NCBI GenBank assembly: GCA_018830295.1
Contig: JAHJSM010000001.1
Coordinates: 386,203-450,202 of the forward strand
DNA from: Patescibacteria group bacterium
GTDB lineage: Bacteria > Patescibacteriota > Minisyncoccia > Portnoybacterales > UBA2143
Direction: 5' to 3'
DNA: 64,000 nucleotides
How positions within the stretch are numbered: the first letter of the stretch is position 1; every line of letters starts with the position of its first letter. Both the position numbers and the translations under genes were made by a program. This document shows positions 49,461 through 58,607 of this stretch, in pieces. The notes under the pieces are model-generated. The model had not been told where the DNA came from, ran no database searches, and saw nothing but the letters and a program-made list of their open reading frames with translations.

Positions 49461-49852
49461 GACCCGAGCAAATTAGATAGTCGCCTCGCAATTTTGTGGG
49501 GAGGAAAGTCCGGGCGTCGCAAATGGCAGCGGGTAATACCCGCCGGTCGCGAGATTAGGGAAAGCGCCACAGAGACAATATTTCTTTGGTTTTGGGGCAA
49601 TCTCCAAAACTGGGGTAAAGGTGAAAAGTGAGGGATTAAGACCCCTCTCTCCGCAGGGAGACCTGTCGGAGTGGCAAGCCCTGCCTGACGCAAGAGCAAA
49701 CCATTCCGCAATATTGCGGGATGATGAAAAGTAGCTCGCTTGAGGTTAGCGGCAACGCTAACCCTAGATAGATGACTATCCAAGACCCTCCGTCGCCCTT
49801 TGGGCTATGGCGGGTGAGACAGAACCCGGCTTATTATTTGCTCGGGTTTTTG
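49461..49852 (+). ncRNA. rnpB: RNase P RNA (bacterial type A-like)
   Basis: P1 pairing CCCGAGCAAAU / AUUUGCUCGGG. P4 strands GGAAAGUCCGGGC and ACAGAACCCGGCUUA. GGUAAAGGUGAAA motif. U-tract at the 3' end. Confidence 0.85.
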
Positions 49853-49874
49853 TTTGTCTTGATTTTTAGAAGAT

Positions 49875-49960
49875 GGGGGCTGCCCCCGTTGCGGGGGCAG
49901 CCCCCATTCTGTGGGGTGAGAAAGACGGGAGCAGTCCCCGCTGCGAGGGCTGCCCCCCTA
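49875..49960. repeat. type B palindromic element plus a degenerate hybrid copy
   Basis: GGGGGCTGCCCCCGTTGCGGGGGCAGCCCCC … GGGAGCAGTCCCCGCTGCGAGGGCTGCCCCCC. Confidence 0.85.
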
Positions 49961-50024
49961 AAATAGCAGACCTTTTCTCTTTTGATTCCTTGATTTTAGG
50001 GGTTTTATTGAGTAAGATGGGGGT

Positions 50025-51413
50025 ATGAAGAAGTCAGAATTGGTTTTTACATTTATTTTGGTTCCGCTGGATTTTTTGGCGCTTTTGGGGGCGGGGGCGG
50101 CGGCTTATTTTCTGCGGACGAGCGAATGGGTTGCCCAATATCGTCCAGTAGTTTTCTACTTAAACCTTCCTTTTGGACGGTATTTTTGGCTTGTTTTTGG
50201 AGCGGCTCTTTTTCTTTTAATTATTTTCGCTTTAGTCGGATTATATAAAATCCAAATCAGGCGGTCTTTGCTGGACGATTTTCTTAAGATATTAATCGGC
50301 GTTTCGGCGGGAATGATTGCTTTGGTTTTTTATATCTTTCTTAGTCGCGAATGGTTTGATTCTCGATTTATTATGCTCACTGGCTGGGGAATGTCAGTCG
50401 CCTTTGTTTTTTTTGGACGGCTTTTTGTCCATTTCTGGCGGAGTTATTTAATTAGGAAATACAATTTTGGCGCTCATAGGGTTATGATTATTGGTCGGGA
50501 CGGTATTAGTAAAAGGATTAGCGGGTGCATTAAGCAAAATCCAAATTTAGGATACTATTTAGCCGCCAATTTGATTGAGCCGGACATGACGGAAATCAGG
50601 AGCAAGGTTAACAATCCGGGCGTTGAGGAAATTATTTTAGCCGATACGGATTGGCCGAGAGAAAAGGTTTTGGAATTAGTTGATTTTTGCGAAGAAAACC
50701 ATTTGTCCTTCAAATTCGCGCCTAATCTTTTCCAAACACTCACGAGCAATACCTCAGTAGAAACGATCGGAGGCATTCCAATTGTTGAATTGAAAAGAAC
50801 CGCTTTGGACGGATGGGGGAGAATTATTAAAAAATTCGTTGACTTGAGCGGAGCGATTTTTGGAATAGTTTTTTTAAGTCCCTTTTTCGCCTTAACTGCG
50901 CTTGCGATTAAATGGGATTCGCCTGGGCCAGTTTTGGTTAAATTAAAAAGAGTGAGCCATGGCAAAGAATTTAATCTTTATAAATTTCGTTCAATGGTGA
51001 ATGGCGCGGAGGATTTGAAAAAATTTCTTTGGGCGTACAATGAGAGGGATGACGGGCCTTTATTTAAAATAAAGAAAGACCCACGCGTGACTTCGGTTGG
51101 ACGATTCTTGAGGAAATATCGGATTGATGAGTTTCCCCAATTAATTAATGTTTTGAAAGGAGAAATGAGTTTGGTCGGACCGCGACCGCATCAGCCAGAC
51201 GAAATCGCCCAGTATCAAAAACATCATAAAAAGGTTCTCGCGATTAAAGCGGGCATGTCGGGATTCGCCCAAATTAGCGGCAGTTCGGATTTATCTTTTG
51301 AGGAGGAGGTCAAATTAGACACATACTATATTGAAAAATGGTCGCTTTTAATGGATATTAAAATTTTATTAAAGACAATTGTTGTTTTGGTAAGGGACAG
51401 GTCGGCATGTTAA
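50025..51413 (+). CDS. polyprenyl-phosphate sugar-1-phosphate transferase (WbaP/CpsE-like 'bacterial sugar transferase')
   Basis: N-terminal TM helices and the C-terminal sugar-transferase catalytic domain (…PGPVLVKLKRVSHGKEFNLYKFRSM…DEFPQLINVLKGEMSLVGPRP…). Confidence 0.85.
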   Translation: MKKSELVFTFILVPLDFLALLGAGAAAYFLRTSEWVAQYRPVVFYLNLPFGRYFWLVFGAALFLLIIFALVGLYKIQIRRSLLDDFLKILIGVSAGMIALVFYIFLSREWFDSRFIMLTGWGMSVAFVFFGRLFVHFWRSYLIRKYNFGAHRVMIIGRDGISKRISGCIKQNPNLGYYLAANLIEPDMTEIRSKVNNPGVEEIILADTDWPREKVLELVDFCEENHLSFKFAPNLFQTLTSNTSVETIGGIPIVELKRTALDGWGRIIKKFVDLSGAIFGIVFLSPFFALTALAIKWDSPGPVLVKLKRVSHGKEFNLYKFRSMVNGAEDLKKFLWAYNERDDGPLFKIKKDPRVTSVGRFLRKYRIDEFPQLINVLKGEMSLVGPRPHQPDEIAQYQKHHKKVLAIKAGMSGFAQISGSSDLSFEEEVKLDTYYIEKWSLLMDIKILLKTIVVLVRDRSAC

Positions 51414-51422
51414 TTAATTATT

Positions 51423-52508
51423 ATGCGCGTTGCTTTGGTTCATGATTATCTTAATCAGTACGGCGGGGCAGAGAGGGTTTTGGAAGCGTTTTGCCAGATC
51501 TTTCCAAAAGCGCCGATTTACACTCTTTTTTATGACAAAAAAGGGACTGGTTTTGCTTTCGCGAATCGCCGCGTTGAGACATCTTTTTTACAAAAAACGC
51601 CCTTTGTTAAATCCCATCATCGCTCTTTTTTAATGCTCATGCCAATCGCGATTGAGCAGTTTGATTTTTCCCAATACGACTTGGTTCTTTCCGATTCTTC
51701 CAGTTACGCTAAGGGTGTAATTACTCCTCCAGGAACAAAGCATATCTGTTATTGCCACACGCCCATCCGTTACGCATGGGATGATTCGCATAAATATATT
51801 AACGAGTTTGGCTACTCCAGAGCCGCGCAAAAAATTATTCCATTTTTTATGAATTATATTCGTTTTTGGGACGAGCAGGCCGCCGCGCGAGTAGACGGAT
51901 TTATCGCTAACTCTTCTTTTGTGGCGAAAAGAATTAAAAAATATTATCAGCGCGAATCGGAAATTATTCACCCTCCGATTAGAACCGACTTGTTTTATTT
52001 AGCCGAAAAACCAGAAAAATATTTTTTAATGGTTGGCCGCCTTTTGACTTACAAACGGTTTGATTTGGCGATTGAGGCGTTTAACCAACTTGGTTGGCCT
52101 TTAAAAATTGTGGGGGACGGGCCTGACCGCTCGCGGTTGGAAAAAATGGCGCGGGGGAATATAGAGTTTGTTGGTTTGGTCCCGGACAGTAAGTTAAGAG
52201 ATTATTACGCGCATTGTCGGGCTTTTGTCTTTCCTCAGGAAGAGGATTTTGGGATTGTTCCTGTTGAAGCGATGGCGTCAGGCCGTCCGGTGATCGCTTA
52301 TCAGGGCGGAGGAGCGCTGGAAATTGTCCAGCCTGGAGTGACAGGGATGTTTTTCAAAGAGCAGACAACAGAATGTTTAATTGACGCTTTAAAACAATTT
52401 GAGTCCGACGATTTTAATCCAAAAATTATTAAAGAGCAGGCGGAGAAATTTAGCCAGGAGCGGTTTAAGGAAAAAATAAAAGAGTATCTAAATGAATATC
52501 GGAATTGA
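51423..52508 (+). CDS. family 4 glycosyltransferase
   Basis: GT4/GT-B C-terminal EX7E-type region (…FVFPQEEDFGIVPVEAMASGRPVIA…). Confidence 0.8.
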   Translation: MRVALVHDYLNQYGGAERVLEAFCQIFPKAPIYTLFYDKKGTGFAFANRRVETSFLQKTPFVKSHHRSFLMLMPIAIEQFDFSQYDLVLSDSSSYAKGVITPPGTKHICYCHTPIRYAWDDSHKYINEFGYSRAAQKIIPFFMNYIRFWDEQAAARVDGFIANSSFVAKRIKKYYQRESEIIHPPIRTDLFYLAEKPEKYFLMVGRLLTYKRFDLAIEAFNQLGWPLKIVGDGPDRSRLEKMARGNIEFVGLVPDSKLRDYYAHCRAFVFPQEEDFGIVPVEAMASGRPVIAYQGGGALEIVQPGVTGMFFKEQTTECLIDALKQFESDDFNPKIIKEQAEKFSQERFKEKIKEYLNEYRN

Positions 52509-52531
52509 CATCAGAGTTTTGGCGCGCGGGG
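52469..52531 (+). repeat. 63-bp direct repeat, copy 1, flanking the inserted gene
   Basis: GGAAAAAATAAAAGAGTATCTAAATGAATATCGGAATTGACATCAGAGTTTTGGCGCGCGGGG. Identical to 53727-53789. Confidence 0.9.
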
Positions 52532-52578
52532 TTAAGATAATATTATTCTAATAACGGTTAGTTAATAGTCAAAAATTT

Positions 52579-53727
52579 ATGAAAATCAAAACCTCCCTCA
52601 TTATAACAATCATCATTATAACAATCATCATTCTATTTTCCATATTAATTACGGGAGCTGTTTTAGTTTACAAACAGATGACTGATTTTAACCAAGATAA
52701 CAAGATAGACATAGGCGACTTCGGCATCTTAATGAGCGAGTGGGGAAAGGGACCATTAACTACCTGCAAAAAATGGAATCCGGGCCATTATATTCTTCCT
52801 ACATCAGAAGAAGATCTTGATGAGATTGAGTTAATTCTGTCTAACCCCTTAAATCATATTGCCGGACTTCAAGCTTACTTTACGTGGAGGCAACTTGAAA
52901 CTGAAAAAGGTGTTTATGATTTTTCTAAAATTGAAGAGATGCTTGAACTTGTAAAAAAATATAATAAACACTTATTTGTGCAAGTATCAGATAGAACATT
53001 TAAAGCAGGTGAGAAGCCAGTTCCTGATTATCTATATGAAGATCCAATCTATAATGGAGGCATTGAGTTATTTACATCAGGAAAGGGTTCTGTCTCGAGA
53101 ATATGGGACCCAAATGTAAATGAAAGATTCAACTTGCTTATATTAGAATTAGGAAAAAGATTTGACGATAAAGAAAATTTTGAAGGAATAGTTTTTGAGG
53201 AAAGTGCTCTTGATATAGATACTACAACAGCAGAGGGTTATTCTGTTGAAAAATTGGTTGACGGAATAATGCATAGAAATAACGCAGCTGCTCTGGCTTT
53301 TCCCAATTCTGTGGTTATACAGTACATGAATTATGGTCCGTCTGAATTTATTAATCTTTTTGAATATCTTTATTTAACAGGAGTTGGTACGGGCGGTCCC
53401 GACCTTGTGCCTGATAAAGGAAGATTTCCTGAAAAACAAAGAATACCCGCTTACGATTATTACCCCCTATACGCAGGTAAAATGCCTTTGGGCGTAGCCG
53501 TTCAAACACCTAATTTAATGAAAGATGAAAGAAATAAGAAAGGAATTTTTACTCTGGATGGATTTTGGGATATGGGTTTAAACACATTGAAACTAAATTA
53601 TATTTTTTGGTCTTTTGTTGAACAGCCCTGGCATAAATTCAGCTTCACGAATGATATTTTACCATACATTAATGAAAGAGAAGGAGAAATCAATGACGGT
53701 TGCCCTGAGAATATGCAAGTAAAGTAG
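52579..53727 (+). CDS. foreign-looking secreted/membrane-anchored (β/α)8 glycoside-hydrolase-like protein with a dockerin-like Ca-binding motif
   Basis: N-terminal TM helix, DFNQDNKIDIGDFGILMSEW motif, GH-like core. CpG-poor codon usage (AGA/ATA/ACA), unlike the neighbouring genes. Flanked by 63-bp direct repeats. Confidence 0.55.
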   Translation: MKIKTSLIITIIIITIIILFSILITGAVLVYKQMTDFNQDNKIDIGDFGILMSEWGKGPLTTCKKWNPGHYILPTSEEDLDEIELILSNPLNHIAGLQAYFTWRQLETEKGVYDFSKIEEMLELVKKYNKHLFVQVSDRTFKAGEKPVPDYLYEDPIYNGGIELFTSGKGSVSRIWDPNVNERFNLLILELGKRFDDKENFEGIVFEESALDIDTTTAEGYSVEKLVDGIMHRNNAAALAFPNSVVIQYMNYGPSEFINLFEYLYLTGVGTGGPDLVPDKGRFPEKQRIPAYDYYPLYAGKMPLGVAVQTPNLMKDERNKKGIFTLDGFWDMGLNTLKLNYIFWSFVEQPWHKFSFTNDILPYINEREGEINDGCPENMQVK

Positions 53728-53789
53728 GAAAAAATAAAAGAGTATCTAAATGAATATCGGAATTGACATCAGAGTTTTGGCGCGCGGGG
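53727..53789 (+). repeat. 63-bp direct repeat, copy 2
   Basis: Identical to 52469-52531. Carries the true start ([13 protein letters not shown]) of the downstream GT4 gene. Confidence 0.9.
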
Positions 53790-56053
53790 CGAGGACGGGG
53801 GTGGAGGAATACGCGATTAATCTCCTGTCAGAACTTTTGCCTTTGAACAAGGGCGTTAATTACAAACTTTTTTACAACGCTTTTCGCAAGGCGGAGCTGA
53901 ATTATCCGTGGCTTAGTTTGGATAATGTCCATCTTAAAGACAGCAGAATCCCTAATCGTTTTTTCTTTGCTGTCGCGCGATATTTGAACGCGCCAAAAAT
54001 TGACAAACTGCTTGGCGGAATTGATGTCTATTTTAACCCGCATTTTTTTGTCGCGCCCGTTTCTCGCGATTGTCGTAAGGTGATTACTTTTCATGATTTG
54101 TCCTTTGAGCATTATCCAGAATTTTTTTCTAAAAGAAAAAGATTGTGGCAAAAGGTTTTAATGAATACAAAAAAAGAAGCGGAGAAAGCGGACAAGATTA
54201 TCGCTGTTTCTAATTCAACTAAGGCGGACCTGGTTAATCTTTACGGCGTTGATGAAAGAAAAATAGAGGTGATTTATTCGGGGGTTTCGGAAAGATTTAA
54301 AGAGATAGACAAGGACAGTCCCTCGCCGCGAGGGACTGTCCCTTGTTGGATAGAAGCGATTAAAAAGAAATATAATTTGCCCGATAAATTTATTTTATAT
54401 TTCGGGACGATTGAGCCGAGAAAAAATATTGTCGGTATTATTAAAGCGTTTGAATTATTAAAAAAAGATAAGTCATTGAAGTTAGTTATCGCCGGGACAA
54501 AGGGGTGGCTTTATAAAGACATTTTCAAAGCGGCTCAAAATTCAAAATATAGCCAAGATATATTTTTTACGGGCTTTGTTGAAGATGCGGACAAACCATT
54601 TCTTTATAACTTAGCCGAGCTTTTCGTCTATCCAAGTTTTTTTGAGGGATTTGGATTTCCTCCTTTAGAGGCGATGGCTTGCGGCTTGCCGGTAATTGTC
54701 TCTTGTAACTCTTCTCTGCCTGAAGTTGTTGGAAAAGCGGCTCTCATGGTTGACCCTGCCAACATTGACGAACTTGCTTGGGCGATGGAAATCGCGTTGA
54801 ATGACCAAGAATTAAGAAAACGAATTATCGCGGCGGGCCTTGAGCAAGCGAAGAAATTCTCATGGCGAGAATGCGCGGAGAAGACGATGGCTGTTTTGGG
54901 GAAAACGGGGGCTGCCCCCGTTGCGGGGGCAGCCCCCATCCGAAGTAAGATGGCAATTGACGCGCGTTTTTACGGACCTAAGCAAAAGGGGTTGGGGCGT
55001 TATGTTCAGAAGTTGGTTGAAAACTTAGAAAGGGAGGATGTTATTAATAAATACTTCGTTTTTTTGAGAAGAGAAAATTGGGATGAATATTATCCTAAAA
55101 ATCCAAATTTTAAAAAGGTTTTGGCGGATTGCCGATGGTATGGTTTTAAAGAACAGTTTTTAATGCCTTGGAAAATTTGGCGCGAGAAAGCCGACTTGAC
55201 ACACTATCCTCATTTTAATGTTCCAATTTTTGCCCCAAAACCATTTGTTGTCACTATCCACGATTTAATTCTTAAAAGATTTCCCACACGCCGCGCTTCT
55301 ACGCTTGGTTTTTTTTCTTACTGGTTTAAAAATTTTGCCTATCATTTTGTTATTTCCCTCGCTTTGCGTCGCGCGAAAAAAATTATCGCCATTTCTAATT
55401 ATACGAAAAAAGATATTTTAAAATATTTCAAAGTTAGTCCGGAGAAAATAGAGGTGGTTTATGAGGGGGGAGTGATACAGACGGGAGCAGCCCCCGAAAG
55501 CGGGGGACTGCCCCCTAATATCCAGTCCCCATCTAATATCCCCAACCCTTATTTGCTTTATGTTGGGAATGCTTACCCGCATAAGAATTTAGAAAGGTTG
55601 ATTTTGGCTTTTGCCAAAATTAAACATTCGGATTTAAGATTAGTTCTGGTGGGGGAGATGGACTATTTTTATCAACGGCTTCAAAAAGAATTTTCTCATG
55701 TTCAAGGATTGGTTTTTACCGACTTTGTTTCGGATAGCGATTTGGAAGTTTTGTATCGCGGGGCGTCTCTTTATGTTTTCCCTTCTCTCTGTGAGGGATT
55801 TGGACTTCCACCTTTGGAGGCGATGAGTTACGGTTTGCCCGTGGTTTCCTCAAACGCGACTTGTCTGCCTGAAATTTTAGGAGACGCGGCGGTATATTTT
55901 AATTCAGAGAACATAGATGAAATGGCGGAAAAAATTAAAGAGGTTTTAGATAACGAGGCGTTAAGAAAAGATTTAATTTTAAAAGGATATAAAAGAGTTA
56001 AAAAATACGATTGGATAAAAATGGCGAGAGAAACGGTGAAGATATATAATTAA
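53750..56053 (+). CDS. two GT4 glycosyltransferase modules fused in one frame through a palindromic element
   Basis: Module 1 (~53750-54900) and module 2 (from MAIDARFYG at ~54949) each carry the GT4 motif (…[24 protein letters not shown]… and …[24 protein letters not shown]…). They are joined by [16 protein letters not shown] encoded by the repeat at 54907-54937. Two further elements lie in-frame at 54312-54340 and 55484-55516. Confidence 0.7.
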   Translation: MNIGIDIRVLARGARTGVEEYAINLLSELLPLNKGVNYKLFYNAFRKAELNYPWLSLDNVHLKDSRIPNRFFFAVARYLNAPKIDKLLGGIDVYFNPHFFVAPVSRDCRKVITFHDLSFEHYPEFFSKRKRLWQKVLMNTKKEAEKADKIIAVSNSTKADLVNLYGVDERKIEVIYSGVSERFKEIDKDSPSPRGTVPCWIEAIKKKYNLPDKFILYFGTIEPRKNIVGIIKAFELLKKDKSLKLVIAGTKGWLYKDIFKAAQNSKYSQDIFFTGFVEDADKPFLYNLAELFVYPSFFEGFGFPPLEAMACGLPVIVSCNSSLPEVVGKAALMVDPANIDELAWAMEIALNDQELRKRIIAAGLEQAKKFSWRECAEKTMAVLGKTGAAPVAGAAPIRSKMAIDARFYGPKQKGLGRYVQKLVENLEREDVINKYFVFLRRENWDEYYPKNPNFKKVLADCRWYGFKEQFLMPWKIWREKADLTHYPHFNVPIFAPKPFVVTIHDLILKRFPTRRASTLGFFSYWFKNFAYHFVISLALRRAKKIIAISNYTKKDILKYFKVSPEKIEVVYEGGVIQTGAAPESGGLPPNIQSPSNIPNPYLLYVGNAYPHKNLERLILAFAKIKHSDLRLVLVGEMDYFYQRLQKEFSHVQGLVFTDFVSDSDLEVLYRGASLYVFPSLCEGFGLPPLEAMSYGLPVVSSNATCLPEILGDAAVYFNSENIDEMAEKIKEVLDNEALRKDLILKGYKRVKKYDWIKMARETVKIYN
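54907..54937. repeat. type B palindromic element bridging two GT4 modules in-frame
   Basis: GGGGGCTGCCCCCGTTGCGGGGGCAGCCCCC is translated as [10 protein letters not shown]. No stop codon on either side. Confidence 0.85.
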
Positions 56054-56056
56054 AGA

Positions 56057-56091
56057 GGGGACAGTCCCCATTCTGAATGGGGACTGTCCCC
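56057..56091. repeat. type A palindromic element
   Basis: GGGGACAGTCCCCATTCTGAATGGGGACTGTCCCC. Confidence 0.9.
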
Positions 56092-56144
56092 GGATTTGTT
56101 AAATTTTTTCTTGTGGAGATTTTGTGGTATAATACAAGTATATT

Positions 56145-58607
56145 ATGGAGGGGAAGACAAAACAATTTGGGCGGGTTTTTACCGCTTTGTATGATATTAA
56201 GCCCGTTACGGCGGCGGGCGTTTTAGATGTTGAAAGGATAGAGAAGATAACCGACATTTTGGATTTAAGTGGGGAGAAGAAAAAAGAATTTATTCCTTAC
56301 GATTTGCCAAAAGAAGAATCTTTTAATTTTATTTTAACAAATACAGACGATTTGGATGTTTTGCCAACTCGCGAGGAAATTTTGGCGGAGTTGAATAAAA
56401 TTGAAAATTTTGAAGAATTTTTAAGGGCGGCCGAAGAGGGGGAGAGAAAAAATAAAGCGCAAGAGGAAAAAGCGCAAGCGGATATTTTGGATAAAAACAA
56501 TCAAAGGTCAGACCTTTCAAAACGACATTCTCGTGACCTCAATTCTCTTCCACGGATATCGGGGTTAGAGGAATTTTATTTTCCCGAGGTGGCGCGAGGA
56601 ACAGTTTTAGTCGCGGAGAGCGAGGATAAAAAAGAGGTCCGGGCGGATGGGAATAAATCTTTGTTTAAATTTTTAATGGCAGGGATTTTAATTGCTTTAA
56701 TTGTTCCGGCGGCCACTTGGGTTGGGTATGGGTTTAAAATCAAAGAGGATGTTTTAAGTAGCGGGCTTTCGGCTTATCAAAATCTTTTGTCCGCCAAACA
56801 GTCGTTAGAAGAGTCTGATTGGCAGGATGCCGAGCATAATTTTGGATTGGCGCGTTCAGATTTTTTTGAAGCGCATCAAGATATTAATCAATTAGGTCGG
56901 TTGACTTTAGGCGTCTTGGAACAAATGCCGGGCGGTTCTTTAATTTCTTCGGGCAGTCATTTAGTTAAAGTTGGCGAGAGTTTAGCGCGAGCGGGCGAAG
57001 GACTTGCCGCGGCGGTTAATCTTTTTTCTTTAAATAATTTATTTAATCTTGTTGAATCGCCGCAAGGCGGGACTCTAACGGATTCAATCGCTTTAAGTAA
57101 GGATAATTTAAGAGCGGCTTTGACCGAGATTGAGACGGCCAATCAGGAGATTGAACAGATTAAAATCAAATCGTTGCCGGAAGATATCCAAAGCGGCATT
57201 CTTTTTTTGAAAGAAAATTTGCCTTTGGTTAAAGAAACGCTTTCTCAAGCGCTTGATTATTCAGTGGCATTTTTGAGCATTTTAGGGCATGATAATCCTC
57301 GCCAGTATCTTTTAATTTTTCAAAACAACGGTGAAGCGAGGGCGACAGGCGGATTTATCGGGACTTATGGCTTAATCACATTAGACAGAGGCGCGTTGAC
57401 GAACCTTTTCATAGACGGTATTTATAACGCGGACGGACAGTTGCGAGAAAAAATTATTCCTCCGCAGCCGATTCAAAAAATTAGCACCGCTTGGTCAATG
57501 CATGACGCGAACTGGTTCGCTGACTTTCCGACTTCCGCCCAAAAAGTGGCTTGGTTCTACGAAAAAACAGGCGGGCCGACGGTTGATGGTGTGATTAGTT
57601 TGACACCGACTGTAGTTGAACGCCTCTTGGCGTTAACTGGCCCTATTTCTATGCCGGAATACGGCGTTGAATTGGACGCGAGCAGTTTTGTTGAATTAAT
57701 TCAATACAAAGTGGAGACCGACTATGATAAAGAGTTAAATCAGCCAAAAAAGATTTTGGCGGATTTTGCTCCGAAATTTATTAAACAAATAGGCGAGTTA
57801 TCCGCGGAAAAAAAGAAAGAGGCGGTGGAAATTATTTTTGATTGCTTAGAAGAAAAACATATCTTAGTGTTTTTTAGTAATCCTTCTTTGGAAAAATTAG
57901 CGGACGAAGAGGGGTGGTCGGGAAAGATTCTTTCAACGGATAAGGATTATTTAAGCGTCGTTTCGTCAAACATTAATGGCTACAAAACAGATTGGGTGAT
58001 TAAAGAAACAATTGCTCATCAGGCGGAAATTCAAGGAGACGGTTCGGTTATTGACACACTCACTATTACTCGCCAGCATCAGGGAGGCGATTTGGCATAC
58101 GATTGGTGGAACAGAGTTAACGCGAATTATTTGAGGGTTTATTTGCCTTTAGGGAGTCAGTTGATTTCCGCTGAGGGGCAAAGTTTAGAAATTTATCAGC
58201 CGCCGATTGATTATGAAGAAAATAATTTTAAAAAAGACCCGCTGGTTGAGAAGATTGAGAGTAGTATGATTATTGACTCTAAAACTGGAACGCGCATTTT
58301 TGAAGAAAGCGGCAAAACAGTTTTTGCCAACTGGGCTTATGTTAGTCCGGGCGAAACGGTTGTTTTGACCTATAAATACAAATTGCCTTTCAAGATTGGC
58401 TTGACCGGGGCGACTGATAGTTATAGTTTGTTAACGCAAAAGCAGTTAGGCAGTTTAGGAAGCGCCTTTAGTCATCAATTAAAGTTTCCGTCTAACTGGC
58501 AGGTCTCATGGAGATATCCAGAAACATCTAGACTAAACGCGGGAGGAATTAATTTTAACGGCGACCTAAAAACAGATAAATTCATCGGCGCGTCATTTGA
58601 ATTTTGA
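56145..58607 (+). CDS. large hypothetical membrane-anchored protein (820 aa) upstream of murJ
   Basis: ~175-aa cytoplasmic N-terminus, one TM (LFKFLMAGILIALIVPAATWVGYGF), then a large extracytoplasmic domain. Carries an in-frame copy of the AAAGGTCAGACCTTTCAAAACGACATTCTCGTGAC repeat (56503-56538). Confidence 0.5.
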   Translation: MEGKTKQFGRVFTALYDIKPVTAAGVLDVERIEKITDILDLSGEKKKEFIPYDLPKEESFNFILTNTDDLDVLPTREEILAELNKIENFEEFLRAAEEGERKNKAQEEKAQADILDKNNQRSDLSKRHSRDLNSLPRISGLEEFYFPEVARGTVLVAESEDKKEVRADGNKSLFKFLMAGILIALIVPAATWVGYGFKIKEDVLSSGLSAYQNLLSAKQSLEESDWQDAEHNFGLARSDFFEAHQDINQLGRLTLGVLEQMPGGSLISSGSHLVKVGESLARAGEGLAAAVNLFSLNNLFNLVESPQGGTLTDSIALSKDNLRAALTEIETANQEIEQIKIKSLPEDIQSGILFLKENLPLVKETLSQALDYSVAFLSILGHDNPRQYLLIFQNNGEARATGGFIGTYGLITLDRGALTNLFIDGIYNADGQLREKIIPPQPIQKISTAWSMHDANWFADFPTSAQKVAWFYEKTGGPTVDGVISLTPTVVERLLALTGPISMPEYGVELDASSFVELIQYKVETDYDKELNQPKKILADFAPKFIKQIGELSAEKKKEAVEIIFDCLEEKHILVFFSNPSLEKLADEEGWSGKILSTDKDYLSVVSSNINGYKTDWVIKETIAHQAEIQGDGSVIDTLTITRQHQGGDLAYDWWNRVNANYLRVYLPLGSQLISAEGQSLEIYQPPIDYEENNFKKDPLVEKIESSMIIDSKTGTRIFEESGKTVFANWAYVSPGETVVLTYKYKLPFKIGLTGATDSYSLLTQKQLGSLGSAFSHQLKFPSNWQVSWRYPETSRLNAGGINFNGDLKTDKFIGASFEF

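Noticed and set aside
49437-49783. ORFs 49437-49631 (+) and 49451-49783 (-)
   Set aside because: Both lie entirely within the RNase P RNA gene, whose P1 and P4 motifs are unambiguous.
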